Below are positions 11,455-22,848 of a stretch of 51,350 bases of DNA, piece after piece. The notes beneath the pieces are model-generated. The model saw only the letters and a list, made by a program, of their open reading frames with translations, had not been told where the DNA came from and did no database searches. Positions within the stretch are counted from its first letter, which is position 1; every line of letters begins with the position of its first letter. The position numbers and the translations under genes were made by a program. Origin of the DNA: Octopus bimaculoides (lineage: Eukaryota); the NCBI RefSeq assembly GCF_001194135.2, contig NC_068991.1, positions 15,138,452 through 15,189,801 on the forward strand, in the 5' to 3' direction.

Positions 11455-11670
11455 ATATATTAAATAAAATGAGACAACAAACCTAAGGCTGTGTGGAATT
11501 TTTCAGAACATTTATAAAGAGAAAGTTAGTCTTACAGCTGTTTCTGGGATATTAGGGATATCCCTTCATCAGAGACGATGCGAGATGGTTAAATAGAGGG
11601 AAATATTTGAGTTCAATATAAGGTGTTATTTTGAAAAGGATCAAAATAATATAAAGGGAAATAAGAATTT
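11455..11670 (-). mobile_element. Pseudo-LTR-like repeat (HH-1 family), left arm of inverted pair
   Basis: Reverse complement of 12155-12368. Further copies at 30940-31075(-) and a fragment at 10230-10290(+). Confidence 0.8.
11529..11576 (-). ncRNA. Minimal type-I hammerhead ribozyme motif (HH-1), intact core
   Basis: Minus strand: GTCT CTGATGA A GGGATAT-CCCTA-ATATCCC A GAAA C-AGCT-G TA AGAC. Confidence 0.75.
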
Positions 11671-11671
11671 A

Positions 11672-11972
11672 AGTGAGATCGTTGCCAGTGCCGATGGACT
11701 GGCTCTTGTGCTGGTGGCACATAAAATACACCATTTCGAGGGTGGCCGTCGCCAGTACCGCCTGACTGGCCCTCGTGCCGGTGGCACGTAAAACACCCAC
11801 TACACTCTCGGAGTGGTTGGCGTTAGGAAGGGCATCCAGCTGTAGAAACTCTGCCAAATCAGATCGGAGCCTGGTGTCGCCTCCTGGTCCACCAGTCCTC
11901 AGTCAAATCGTCCAACCCATGCTAGCATGGAAAGTGGATGTTAAACGACGACAATGATGATGATGATGATGA
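11672..11972 (+). mobile_element. SINE family A (5'-truncated)
   Basis: Colinear with 140-430. (GAT)n tail. Confidence 0.85.
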
Positions 11973-12134
11973 TGTAAGATGTTATAGTTGTATCTACATC
12001 TCCACATTTTCCATTTGTAATGACAAAATATGAACTCCTATTGGAATTTACATACCATGGACAAGAAGCATTTCTACCCATTCTACACAGCACTTTTCCT
12101 TGGATAATGGAACTGCAACTATAACATCTTACAT
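11972..12134. mobile_element. About 160-bp MITE-like element with 19-bp perfect terminal inverted repeats
   Basis: ATGTAAGATGTTATAGTTG (11972-11990) and CAACTATAACATCTTACAT (12116-12134). No clear TSD. Confidence 0.55.
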
Positions 12135-12154
12135 ACATATTTATTTTTATTCTC

Positions 12155-12366
12155 TTATTTCCCTTCATACTTCTTATTTACATCCTTTTCCCAAATAACT
12201 CCTGAAATCGAACTCTACTATTTCCCTCTGTTTAACCATCTCACATCGTCTCTGATGAAGGGATATCCATAATATCTCGGAAACAGCTGTAAGACTAACT
12301 TTCTCTTTATAAATGTACCGAAAATTCCACACAGCCTTGGCTTTGTTGTCTCATTTTATTTAACAT

Positions 12367-12368
<2 letters not shown>
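12155..12368 (+). mobile_element. Pseudo-LTR-like repeat (HH-1 family), right arm of inverted pair
   Basis: Inverted homolog of 11455-11670. Ends in a (CA)/(TA) microsatellite. Confidence 0.8.
12248..12295 (+). ncRNA. Minimal type-I hammerhead ribozyme motif (HH-1), intact core
   Basis: GTCT CTGATGA A GGGATA-TCCATAA-TATCTC G GAAA C-AGCT-G TA AGAC. Predicted cleavage after GUA (12291). Confidence 0.75.
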
Positions 12369-12447
<79 letters not shown>

Positions 12448-12572
12448 TACATACATATATATATATATATAAATATGTATGTATGTATGTATGTATGTAA
12501 CAAAGCGAGCAGCTGAGCTTGGTGCTCCTATCAAACTATGTAGTCCCTGCCAGCCTGATAAGCAGATGTTGA

Positions 12573-12626
<54 letters not shown>

Positions 12627-12640
12627 GTGATGATGGTGAT
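12365..12640. repeat. Compound microsatellites (CA)/(TA)/(GATA)/(TATG) and (GAT)n
   Basis: Directly visible. The (GAT)n tract follows an RTE/SINE-A-like tail. Confidence 0.9.
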
Positions 12641-14350
12641 GATATATATGTATGAATGTATAGATAATGCTGCATCCTGCAGGGCCAGCAAACTCATGCT
12701 CCTCTTCAAGCAAACCTGGTGGTTGCTAGTTTAGTTGTTGACACCTCGACAATGCAACAGGTTGTACACCAGTTATGTGTTACCATTACTGCTAACAAGC
12801 AGCCTGACACATAAATATGTTCATGCAAACACACACAAGCACACACCACATAAACACATGCACAAAAAACAACAACATATATACATAACAAAATGTGCGC
12901 ACATATTCATGGATGCATGTTTGTTTATATGTAATAAATTGTATGTCTATACAAGTGGTTCTATTGAATTAGATATTGCAAGTAGTGCACAAAAGTTAAC
13001 TGACAACATGTGCGTGTGTGTTTGTGTGTGTGTATATATATATATATATNNNNNNNNNNNNNNNNNNNNNNNNNNNNNNNNNNNNNNNNNNNNNNNNNNN
13101 NNNNNNNNNNNNNNNNNNNNNNNNNNNNNNNNNNNNNNNNNNNNNNNNNNNNNNNNNNNNNNNNNNNNNNNNNNNNNNNNNNNNNNNNNNNNNNNNNNNN
13201 NNNNNNNNNNNNNNNNNNNNNNNNNNNNNNNNNNNNNNNNNNNNNNNNNNNNNNNNNNNNNNNNNNNNNNNNNNNNNNNNNNNNNNNNNNNNNNNNNNNN
13301 NNNNNNNNNNNNNNNNNNNNNNNNNNNNNNNNNNNNNNNNNNNNNNNNNNNNNNNNNNNNNNNNNNNNNNNNNNNNNNNNNNNNNNNNNNNNNNNNNNNN
13401 NNNNNNNNNNNNNNNNNNNNNNNNNNNNNNNNNNNNNNNNNNNNNNNNNNNNNNNNNNNNNNNNNNNNNNNNNNNNNNNNNNNNNNNNNNNNNNNNNNNN
13501 NNNNNNNNNNNNNNNNNNNNNNNNNNNNNNNNNNNNNNNNNNNNNNNNNNNNNNNNNNNNNNNNNNNNNNNNNNNNNNNNNNNNNNATATATGTATGTAT
13601 GTATATGTATATGTGTGTGTGGGTGGGTGTATGTGTGTGTGAATGTGAGTGTGTATGTATGAATGTATATGTATATATTGTTGCTATTATGTTAAATTGC
13701 TGTCCAAATTTGGCCAAATGCGTTTTTTTGCAATATTTATTTTTGCTTGCAATAACCGGTTCTTTTGGTCAAACAATCATATCTCCAGCTACTTCAGATG
13801 CCAAGATATCAAAAAATTGTCAAAGTGTAGTACAACAGTTTTGCTATGGAATGGTGAAACTATTTTTTTCATTTTCTGAAAAAGCAATCTTTTGGACTTA
13901 CGACTCTTTTGCATAATAGCAACGATATATATTCATATTGTCAGAAGACTGCCTTAAGTAGGCAGGTGATAGGAAGAGGAAAGCAAGTATACTGAGCTGT
14001 AGAAACTATGCCAAAGAAAAGGTGGCAGACAAGGTGTGATTCCATTGAGGTGAGGTGAGATGCAGAGGGTTCGCATGCCAGTCCCTGTGATACCAAGCAT
14101 ATTTTAAACAGAGCTTACAGTAATTTTGCCATCACAGGGGTAACGGATAGAAGGCCATGAGGTTGGCTCTGGAAGCAGCGCAGATTGATACATACATACA
14201 TACATATATTTATATATATTTATGTATGTATGTATGTATGATTATATATAAAGCCTCAATTACAATGGATCTATGAAAAAACAATGCACATCAACGTAAA
14301 GCATACCATTAATTGGCTTGACAGAATTACACAGAACACTGAATATATAT

Positions 14351-14581
14351 TTCTTTATTGCTCACAGGAAGCTAAACATAGAGGGGAACAAACAAAGACA
14401 GACAAAGGGATTAAGTCGATTACACTGACCCCAGTGCATAACTGGTACTTATTTAATCGCCTCCGAAAGGATGAAGGACAAAGTCGATCTCAGCAGAATT
14501 TGAACTCAGAACATAACAGCAGATGAACTACTGCTTAGCATTTCACCTGGCATGCTAACGATTCTGCTAGCTCGCCACCCT
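14351..14581 (-). mobile_element. SINE family B with 17-bp TSD
   Basis: Reverse complement of 928-1157. GAACAC(T/C)GAATATATAT at 14334-14350 and 14582-14598. Confidence 0.85.
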
Positions 14582-14607
14582 GAACACCGAATATATATAT
14601 GTATGTA

Positions 14608-15449
14608 CAGGGTGTGCTGCCATTTTATATTTTTAATTTCACACATACACATTGTTTGTTTTTCGATTTTGTCATCTACACAGCATATAGAATCAGTTGG
14701 GCACCATCTATGAGAAAAATAGCACCATGATACAATTCACTCTGCCAGAAATTTGGAAACGACATACTGTACTGCTTGGTATTCATGATGGAAGTTCCAA
14801 TACGAACATTTCAGAGTGTTTGGGTGTCAATCTGAGAATAGTACAATCTGCGGATATGTACCTAGAGTGATAAAAATCAAACATCCAGTCTACATTATGG
14901 TGTTTGAAGTGATCACTAGTGATGGCAATGTTATGTCTCCATCTATCCTCCCATACGGCCTCAGACTCAACACAGAGGCCTACATCAACTGCCTGGAGGA
15001 GGTAGTGCTGCCCTGGGTTAAGTGGGTGCCTGCTAGAAGACCCTATGTCTGGCAACAGGACTCTGCACCATGCCACACAAGCTGGAGAACCCAGTCATGA
15101 CTGTCAAACAATTTCTGTGACCACATTTTCCCTATCTGGCTACCTAACTCTCCAGACTGCAACCCACTTCATTATTATGTGTGGGGTGCAGTTGAGCGAG
15201 AGACCAACAAAACTCTTTGTGGCAACATTCACCAACTTAAACAAAGAGACCGACCAGAAGAGTTGAAGGAGATTTCAAAGTTGTCTGGAAGCCATGGTTG
15301 AAGCCAATGGTGATTTTATTGAATAAATTTACTCTTTAGCATTTGAAGATATTTTTATGTAATTTTGGTAAATATATCTGTTAAAATGAGATGTCAGTGT
15401 TATTATCATTTTTGCATAATTTAGACGACAGTTTATTCACAGCATCCTG
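14608..15449 (+). mobile_element. Internally deleted maT-like (DD37D) Tc1/mariner element with both ends
   Basis: TA|CAGGGTG ... CATCCTG|TA termini. Translation includes IMVFEVITSDG, YVWQQDSAPCHTS and PNSPDCNP. Frameshifted. Confidence 0.85.
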
Positions 15450-15889
15450 TATGCATGCATGCATGTATGTATGCGTGAATGTATGTATGTATGCATGCAT
15501 GCATCATGCATGCATGTACGTATGTATGTATGTCATTTCATCATCTTTGTCAACATCATTTTATGCCCATTGTCCATGCACATGCTAACATGGGCTAAAC
15601 AAGCTTGCTTTCTATGGCTGGATTCTTCCTAACACCAACCACTTCACGAAGTATACTAGGTGCTTTTTTTTAATGGCACCAACCTAGCGAGGTGTCATGC
15701 ATGCCCTGACAGTACTAAAGAGGTTTTTATTACTGTACACTTTATCAGAGATATATCCATGTCTTCATCATGACTAAAGAAATTTCACAACCCATGTCTC
15801 TGCTTGCTTGTCAACCACTTTACAGAGGGATAAGCATGAGTGATAGGTACATGAATGATAATGAAGATACATATGTGATAAGGGTTCTT

Positions 15890-16050
15890 GGCGAAGGTGC
15901 ATGGCTCAGTGGTTAGATCATCATGCTCACAATCATGAGGTAGTGAGTTTGATTCCCAGACCAGGCTGTGTGTTGTGTTCTTGAGCAAGACACCTTATTT
16001 ACATTGCTCCAGTTCACTCAGCAGAAGAAATGAGTTGCGATGTCACTAGT
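15890..16050 (+). mobile_element. SINE family D head and core fragment
   Basis: tRNA-like GCATGGCTCAGTGGTTAG..GTTTGATTCCC, then GTGTTCTTGAGCAAGACAC. Related to 27410-27640 and 18285-18552. Confidence 0.65.
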
Positions 16051-16299
16051 CACACGTATTAAGAATAGCTTTGTTGCTGTGAATTTTCTTTCCTTTTTCC
16101 CACTTTATTTTCTTTATTTACTTTTTCATTTTTTATTTTTTCCTTTTTCTCCATCTTTCTTCTCCTTTTTATCTATCACATGACTTTGTAAATGAACAAT
16201 CTGGGGGTGTTTATTTTAATGGCCTACCAATGTATACAGTACGTTTCACTGCCCTAGGTATCAGAAAGACACTCGGTAAAAAATGGAAACAGAATTGAA

Positions 16300-17420
16300 A
16301 GATGCTAATGAAAGTAACAACAAGAACAACAAGAACAATAGCAACAACAATAATAATAATAAAAATAAATATACTGGTGGGAATAGTTGTGGCAATAGCC
16401 ACAACAATAATAGCAACTGTAACAGTAATAATAACACTTAGGAGACTGAGTGATGTTTACAATAATAACAGTACGAATCATGGTAATATAAATGTTGATG
16501 GGGTGGCTAACGCACATACCAACTCTACTGCTGTGCACCATGAAATTGTATGATTTATGTCAACCACAATATTAACTAGATTGTGTAATTTTAGGAAGAA
16601 ATTTGAATACCCACTAGGGAAATAAATGCCTGACCAAAAACATTGTATATAAATGTGATGTTAAAATTAATCTACATACTTACACTTACGTGGGTTCCAC
16701 TTCTTGTAATTTTAAACCAACATTAATCTTCATACATTTAGAAGGAAAGATAAACCCAAAAAAGAGCATCATTTTCCACAAAGATCTGGGAGTTAAAGGA
16801 CAAAAAAAAAAAATCGATTTTCATTCAATGTGGAACATCGCTAGACACGCTAAGACTTATGTTAGTGATAGATATAATTGCAATCTCTGCTGGTTGAAAT
16901 TGTTGGAAGTCTTGAAATATACGGGTAATGTTATTAATAGATGTGATGAATTAAAAACCAAATATCCCCATTCTGCCCGTCGAATCTTCTTATACTTTAA
17001 ACCGACTGTCTAAAGTCTTCTCTGAGTGCTGGATAAGTATCAATAACTCTAGAATATAGACAGTAATTTCAGGTAATAAGATTCAGTGAATATACTTAGG
17101 TAGCCTAGTGTATTTTAATCGTAATAATTGATCCTATGTGCGCTACTTTTGCGTACTCTTAGTTCTAAAGGGACATACCAATGGTTATTTCTAATAGAAT
17201 CGCCGGGATTAATATTTATTATCGACTTTTTAATGCGACTATCGCTTCTGTTTTTCTTTCTCTATTAATTTTAGCCTTTCAATTCATAACTACATTTCAC
17301 ATATAACTGATCTCTCTAAATTTCGATATTCAACTAACACTTGTTTATTTATGCCATGTCACTGCTCGCTTTTATAGTTGGTAAGCCTGATGAGTTGAGA
17401 GTTACATAACGTACACATGA
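16300..17420 (+). mobile_element. Penelope-like element relic (PLE-B): (AAC/AAT)n linker, Cys-rich segment and GIY-YIG endonuclease
   Basis: From 16584: CNFRKKFEYPLG/NKCLTKNIVYKCDV..YTYVGSTSCNFK, later WNIARHAKTY..CNLC. Homologous to the reverse complement of 31350-32600. Confidence 0.8.
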
Positions 17421-17795
17421 TTTTATGTATGTCGTACATATTACATACCAGATGGTAATTCTGGTATGTTTACTTCATTATAAAGACTCTTGATGAAACA
17501 ATTGTAGCAGCACTAGATATCACGTTCATCTGGTTCTATTCATTTGTGGAAGCTATCGGGTTTGCAGATTATCAAACAGCAATGACTTTCCCATAAACTA
17601 TGCTATCCGTTCAACGGTATTGGATTACGAAACTGTCTGATTTGCGTTATTCTGTACAGTCATTGGTTGTGGTGTGCTTCAGTTTGACATACCAAGATCC
17701 TCAATGGGAACCCTTTTAATAAAATCCCCCCCCCCAAAAAAACACAATTATATATATACACATACACTATACTATATTATATCATATTATATTAC

Positions 17796-18255
17796 CTAAG
17801 TCGGTGAGCTGGTAGAATCGTTAGCACGCCAGGCGAAATGCTTAGCGGTATTTCGTCTGCTGCTACGTTCTGAGTTCAAATTCCGTCAAAGCCGACTTCG
17901 CCTTTCATCCTTTCGGGGTCGATGAAATGAGTACCAGTGAAACACTAGGGTCGATGTAATCGACTATCCTCCTTTCCCCCAAATTTTCAAGGTCTTGTGC
18001 CTAGAGTAGAAATATTAGGCGGTGAGCTGGCAGAAACGTTAGCACGCCAGGTGAAATCCTTAGTGCTACCTCGTCTGTCTTTACGTTCTGAGTTCAAATT
18101 CCGCCGAGGTCGACTTTGTCTTTCATCCTTTCGGAGTCGATAAATTAAGTTTCGTCTGCCGCTACGATAAATTAAGTACAAGTTGCGTTCTGGGGTCGAT
18201 CTAATCGACTGCCCTTTCCCCCAAAATTTCGGGTTTTATGCTTGAAGTAGAAAAG
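17796..18255 (+). mobile_element. Head-to-tail pair of family B SINEs within one 20-bp TSD
   Basis: Copies at about 17800-18015 and 18017-18255. ATTATATCATAT(TAT/CAA)ATTAC at 17776-17795 and 18256-18275. Confidence 0.8.
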
Positions 18256-18284
18256 ATTATATCATATCAAATTACATATGTAAT

Positions 18285-18552
18285 AGACTCTCCCGCCGAA
18301 GACGGCGCATGAGCGTTCAGCCATTGCCAAACGACCTGCAGAAATGATTTGTTTATAGTGATCAAATGTTCGTGCCGCACATTAGCTTATTCTCTTTCCA
18401 TCAAACTGACGTTGCCTGAACAGGTGCACTGTGTGCCACGCGCCAGGTATCGAAGTGGTCGCAGAGCAACGTAAGATGGACTGCTTTGCTCGGAATTGGA
18501 ACCACGGTCGCGAGATCGTGAGTATAATGCCCTAACCACTTGACCATGCGCC
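18285..18552 (-). mobile_element. SINE family D
   Basis: Minus-strand head GGCGCATGGTCAAGTGGTTAGGGC..GGTTCCAATTCC. Body shared with 27410-27640. Confidence 0.65.
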
Positions 18553-18984
18553 GTATATACACACACACACACACACACACATATATATGTAAATGAACGA
18601 CAATACAAGCATATATATATATAGATATATATATATATGTATATATGTATGTATGTATGGGTGTGTGTATATGTGTGTTTTGTGTTTTGTGAGTGTGTGG
18701 TTTATCTTTCTTTATTCAACCAACTCGGGAACGATAAAATGAAAAATTAACCTCGGAACGATTTGAACTCAGAACATAAAGGACCATAACTAAACACTGG
18801 AAGAAATTTATCTTCGACATTTCAAACGATCTAGCCATAACTGCTAGAAACAACAGCGAAAACGAAATGTAATTTAACTTCAGATAACATCCTACTTTCG
18901 TGGAAATGGAAGGCCGCATTGGATAATGTCGAGTGAAAAAATAAAGATGAATAAAGAAATTGAAAATACATAAATGGATAAAGA

Positions 18985-19580
18985 CGCAGTCATGGCTGTG
19001 TGGTAAGAAGTTTGTTTTTCAACCACATGGTTCCAGGTTTAGTTTCACTGCGTGGCACCTTGGGCAAGTGTCTTCCTTTCACAGTAGCCACGAGACAACC
19101 AAAGCCTTGTGAGCGGATTTGGTAGGCAGAAACTGAAAGGCGGCGAGTTGGCAGAATCGTTAGCACGCCGGGCGAAATGCTTAGCGGTATTTCGTCTGCC
19201 GTTACGTTCTGAGTTCAAATTCCGCCGAGGTCGACTTTGCCTTTCATCCTTTCGGGGTCGATAAATTAAGTACCAGTTACACAGCAGTGTGTAACTGGTA
19301 CTTGTAATCGACTTAATCCCTTTGTCTGTCCTTGTTTGTTCCCTCTATGTTTAGCCCCTTGTGGGCAATAAAGAAATAGGTATTTCGTCTGCCTCTACGT
19401 TCTGCGTTCAAATTCCGCCGAGGTCGACTTTACCTTTCATCCTTTCGGGGTCGATTAAATAAGTACCAGTTACGCACTGGGTCGATATAATCGACTTAAT
19501 CCGTTTGTGTGTCCTTGATTTTCCCCTCTGTGTGTAGCCCCTTGTGGGCAGTAAAGAAATAAGAAACTAAAAGTCCACAA

Positions 19581-19625
<45 letters not shown>

Positions 19626-19660
19626 NNNNNNNNNNNNNNNNNNNNNNNNNNNNNNNNNNN

Positions 19661-19709
<49 letters not shown>

Positions 19710-20040
19710 TACATACATGTATGTATGCATACAAACACACACAAATATATATTTATACATATACGCGTACATACATGTATGTATGTTATACATACACACA
19801 CATATATACTAATTGTGTGTCTTTGTGTTTGTTTTGTTCGTTACCAACGCTTCACAGCCGATGTTAGTTTGTTCACGTCCCCATATTCTAGCGGTTCGAC
19901 AAGTAACCTGGCTAAAAAAAAAAAAAAATTGAAAAATTGAAAAATTGTACTGGGGCGATTCCTGCGACTAAACGCCTCTAAAGCGGTGCTCCAGCTTGGT
20001 CGCAATCCAATGACTGAAACAGAAAAAGAGAAAGAATAAA
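18985..20040 (+). mobile_element. SINE family C split by a nested partial-tandem family B SINE (19138-19562) and an expanded microsatellite/gap
   Basis: Family C head 18985-19137 and tail about 19800-20040. The family B insert is flanked by AGAAACT(G/A)AAAG. Confidence 0.8.
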
Positions 20041-21669
20041 AACGAGCTAGACATCAGCAGACTGGCCACGAGCATAGCTCTTCTTATTCAAGGTGTCCAC
20101 CTAGGGGGAAAAAAAACAACAGCTGGCTACAAATATCACAGTTGTACGCTACTAGCAGCTAAATTAGTGTATTTTTTTACTAGTGAAGGTCAAGGTCATG
20201 TCACATTGACTTAGTAGTAATGTTAAACTATAATTGTATTTAATCCAGTGGAAGTGTTAGATTATCTCCCCTTTCTTGACAACAAACATTCCTTGTTATT
20301 GTTTATCGTGGTCGTCATCATCACCGCCACCACTTATGACTGTCTCGTTTCTTTATTATTTTTAGTTTTCGAAGACGTTCTTTAGCATCTTTATACATAC
20401 TGCTGCATTGCATTTCATTTAATTACAATGCTCTTGCTCAAACAAACAAACAAACAAACGAATAATAATAAATAATAAGTGGGTAAATTCGGAAACTCGT
20501 GGTATAATTTCTATGAAAATGAGGAATGTATAAAAATATGGTTACCGAAACGAAAGCAAAATATTATTTACGATTTGCATCTTTTCGAAAATTTCGGGTT
20601 ATTCTTATACATCATTCATTACATGCTATAATTTAATGTGTTTTTAATTGGATATTGATAAATTGTTTGAATGTTTTATCTTTGTAAAACACACGTTTTT
20701 AAAATAATACTTATACATCATTACATGGTGTAATAAATTATTAAAAAAAATATTGATCCTAATTAAATACGTAGAAGCTACCGAAATGAGTTTTTTTTTA
20801 ATCTCTTGCTAAACACTCTTTTAAAAATAAAAGTGTTACTGACTAATATATCTTTAATTAATATTTTTTTCTTATTCTTAATGTTGTTTCTAAGAAGTTT
20901 TGTATAACACGTGCTTTTGAAATGAAATATATTTCTCGCTGGAGTGAAAAGGAAAACGTATATCAAACAATATTTTGTTATTAATTTAGAGATCAAATAA
21001 ACCATATTTCTATATCCTCAAAAAAAGGGGGGGAAAAATGAAAAATTACGCCGCTAATCTCCTTATTTACCAGTAAGTAATCATTGTCATAAGAAGCATC
21101 AACACTATTTTCGATGTTTTGTGTTATAAACGTGCAGCTAAGAGAAATAAGGATAAACAAACTGCATTATGAAATTGCTATATATCTACAATAATAATAA
21201 TATTTATTTAATATCTCGGGTATAACGAATATATTACAAAAAAGCCTGATAATTTACAAACGTACACACGTCCTAGAAATATCGAACTTCTTCCATAAAT
21301 GTAAGTCTAATCCTGTTGTCTCCCTTTGGCCATTAGCAGTCATCTAATAACATATACAACAACAAGCAGCCGCAGTTACGTTGTTTTAATAAACAACAAA
21401 GAATATTTATCAATTGAATTAGTAAATAAATTCTTTTAAATTTAATTAATATGCGAATTCAAATTTTAAAAGAATATTTAGTTTTACATTTTATACGATT
21501 GCTTTTTAATTAAAAAAAATATTTTTTCTTTTGTTTGCTATTTCGTATTAGTAACACTATCAATGATTGGAATTAATCAACGCAAATCAATTAGTATTCT
21601 GATTACTTCCCTTGGCCCAATCACAATTATTGTCTGTGAACGATTTAATTGTTTTATTGTTGCTTTACT

Positions 21670-22050
21670 TCTCCTTAGCCCAGACCAAGCAAACTGTAGA
21701 TCTATGATAAAAAGCATTTAAACCGTGACCATCCCGCCTTGTTTTAGACACCGTGAAGTGAGGATCACTTTTACAAATATGTCTCTTCACTCTTTTTCTT
21801 TAAGTAACAAAGATCTAATTTGAAGGAGATTTGGCTGTTATTTTTAGCAGGCCGAGCGACCGTGTAAAAACTTTCTTGGGAAGACTAGTTTGGCACTGAC
21901 TATTTAGTTTTTGAGCAGCTAAACTGTTACTTGATTATAAGTAATCATTTTTTCTTCTTTTAGTTATAATATCCACGGTGATTCAAGGGAGATATATCTG
22001 CCATTTCTACCTAGCAAGCCGAGCAACCATGTAGAGACTCCTTCAGTTAA
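21670..22050 (+). mobile_element. Interspersed repeat family F fragments (SINE-like)
   Basis: GGAGATTTGGCTGTTATTT.TAGCAGGCCGAGCGACC motif occurs twice. An inverted homolog lies at 27680-27860. Confidence 0.5.
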
Positions 22051-22692
22051 TACTGTTATATAATAAAGTTGAAGCTTTGGCTTTCCAACGAATATTAAGT
22101 CTTTGGGTAGCTAACTCTTTTCTAAATAATAGCTCACTGGATCGATGACATATAGTCGTGGATCCATGCCATAGATCATGTGATCCATGCGATTACGTGA
22201 ATCTGAGTATTGAATATATTCCTTGAAAGGATGTTGATTCAACACCAGGATCTCAGCATTGTTATTCCAAAACACAGACTACCTCTACCTACCGCCGCCA
22301 CTCTCTATGCCATCCTTACGCGGCACATGTTGTTTAGACCCAGATCAGTCCGAAATGAGCTGGTCTATGATTATCGTGTCTGTCTTGTTCCTACACGTTG
22401 TGTATCTATGAGTATGTAATGGCTTCGTGCAGGCATGGTGTGGATTCGATCCTCGATCGCCAAATTTCACTTAACAGTTCAACAGCACTTTTCTCACGGT
22501 AAAAGAATAGTTTTTCTGTGAGTGGCAGCAGTTACATTTGCTAGATGCCTTCGCTAAGCAGAATAATGTCTTTGCCACTTGATCCTTCCAACCTCTCCTA
22601 GGCCGCCAAAAGCTAGAATAGAGATAACAGACCCCCAACGAAATCTATTGTTCTCAACAATATGTCTGTCCTTCTAACTGGTTTTGGATAGT

Positions 22693-22848
22693 TATAAATA
22701 CTAGAATTTGGTAAGACAAAACCAGTTAGTAAGAGCGACCATCAGTTAGTGAACAGAGACCAACTAGAGGGACAAAGAAGGTTACAATCAGCCAACTATG
22801 AGAGACAACTTTACCTATAACATATCAAAGAACACTCAACAGGTATGT
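22693..22848 (+). promoter_or_regulatory. Candidate TATA/Inr core promoter and first exon ending at a splice donor
   Basis: TATAAATA at 22693, CCAGTT with its A at 22724 (31 nt downstream), ATG at 22798 open for 15 codons to CAG|GTATGT (22842/22843). It could instead be part of an LTR or pLTR. Confidence 0.3.

Noticed and set aside
17385-17425. CTGATGA GTT..AAC at the PLE-B 3' end
   Set aside because: GAAA is absent and it is not seen in the second PLE-B copy.
20187-20198. AGGTCAAGGTCA nuclear-receptor direct repeat
   Set aside because: A single short motif that cannot be called a functional site from sequence alone.
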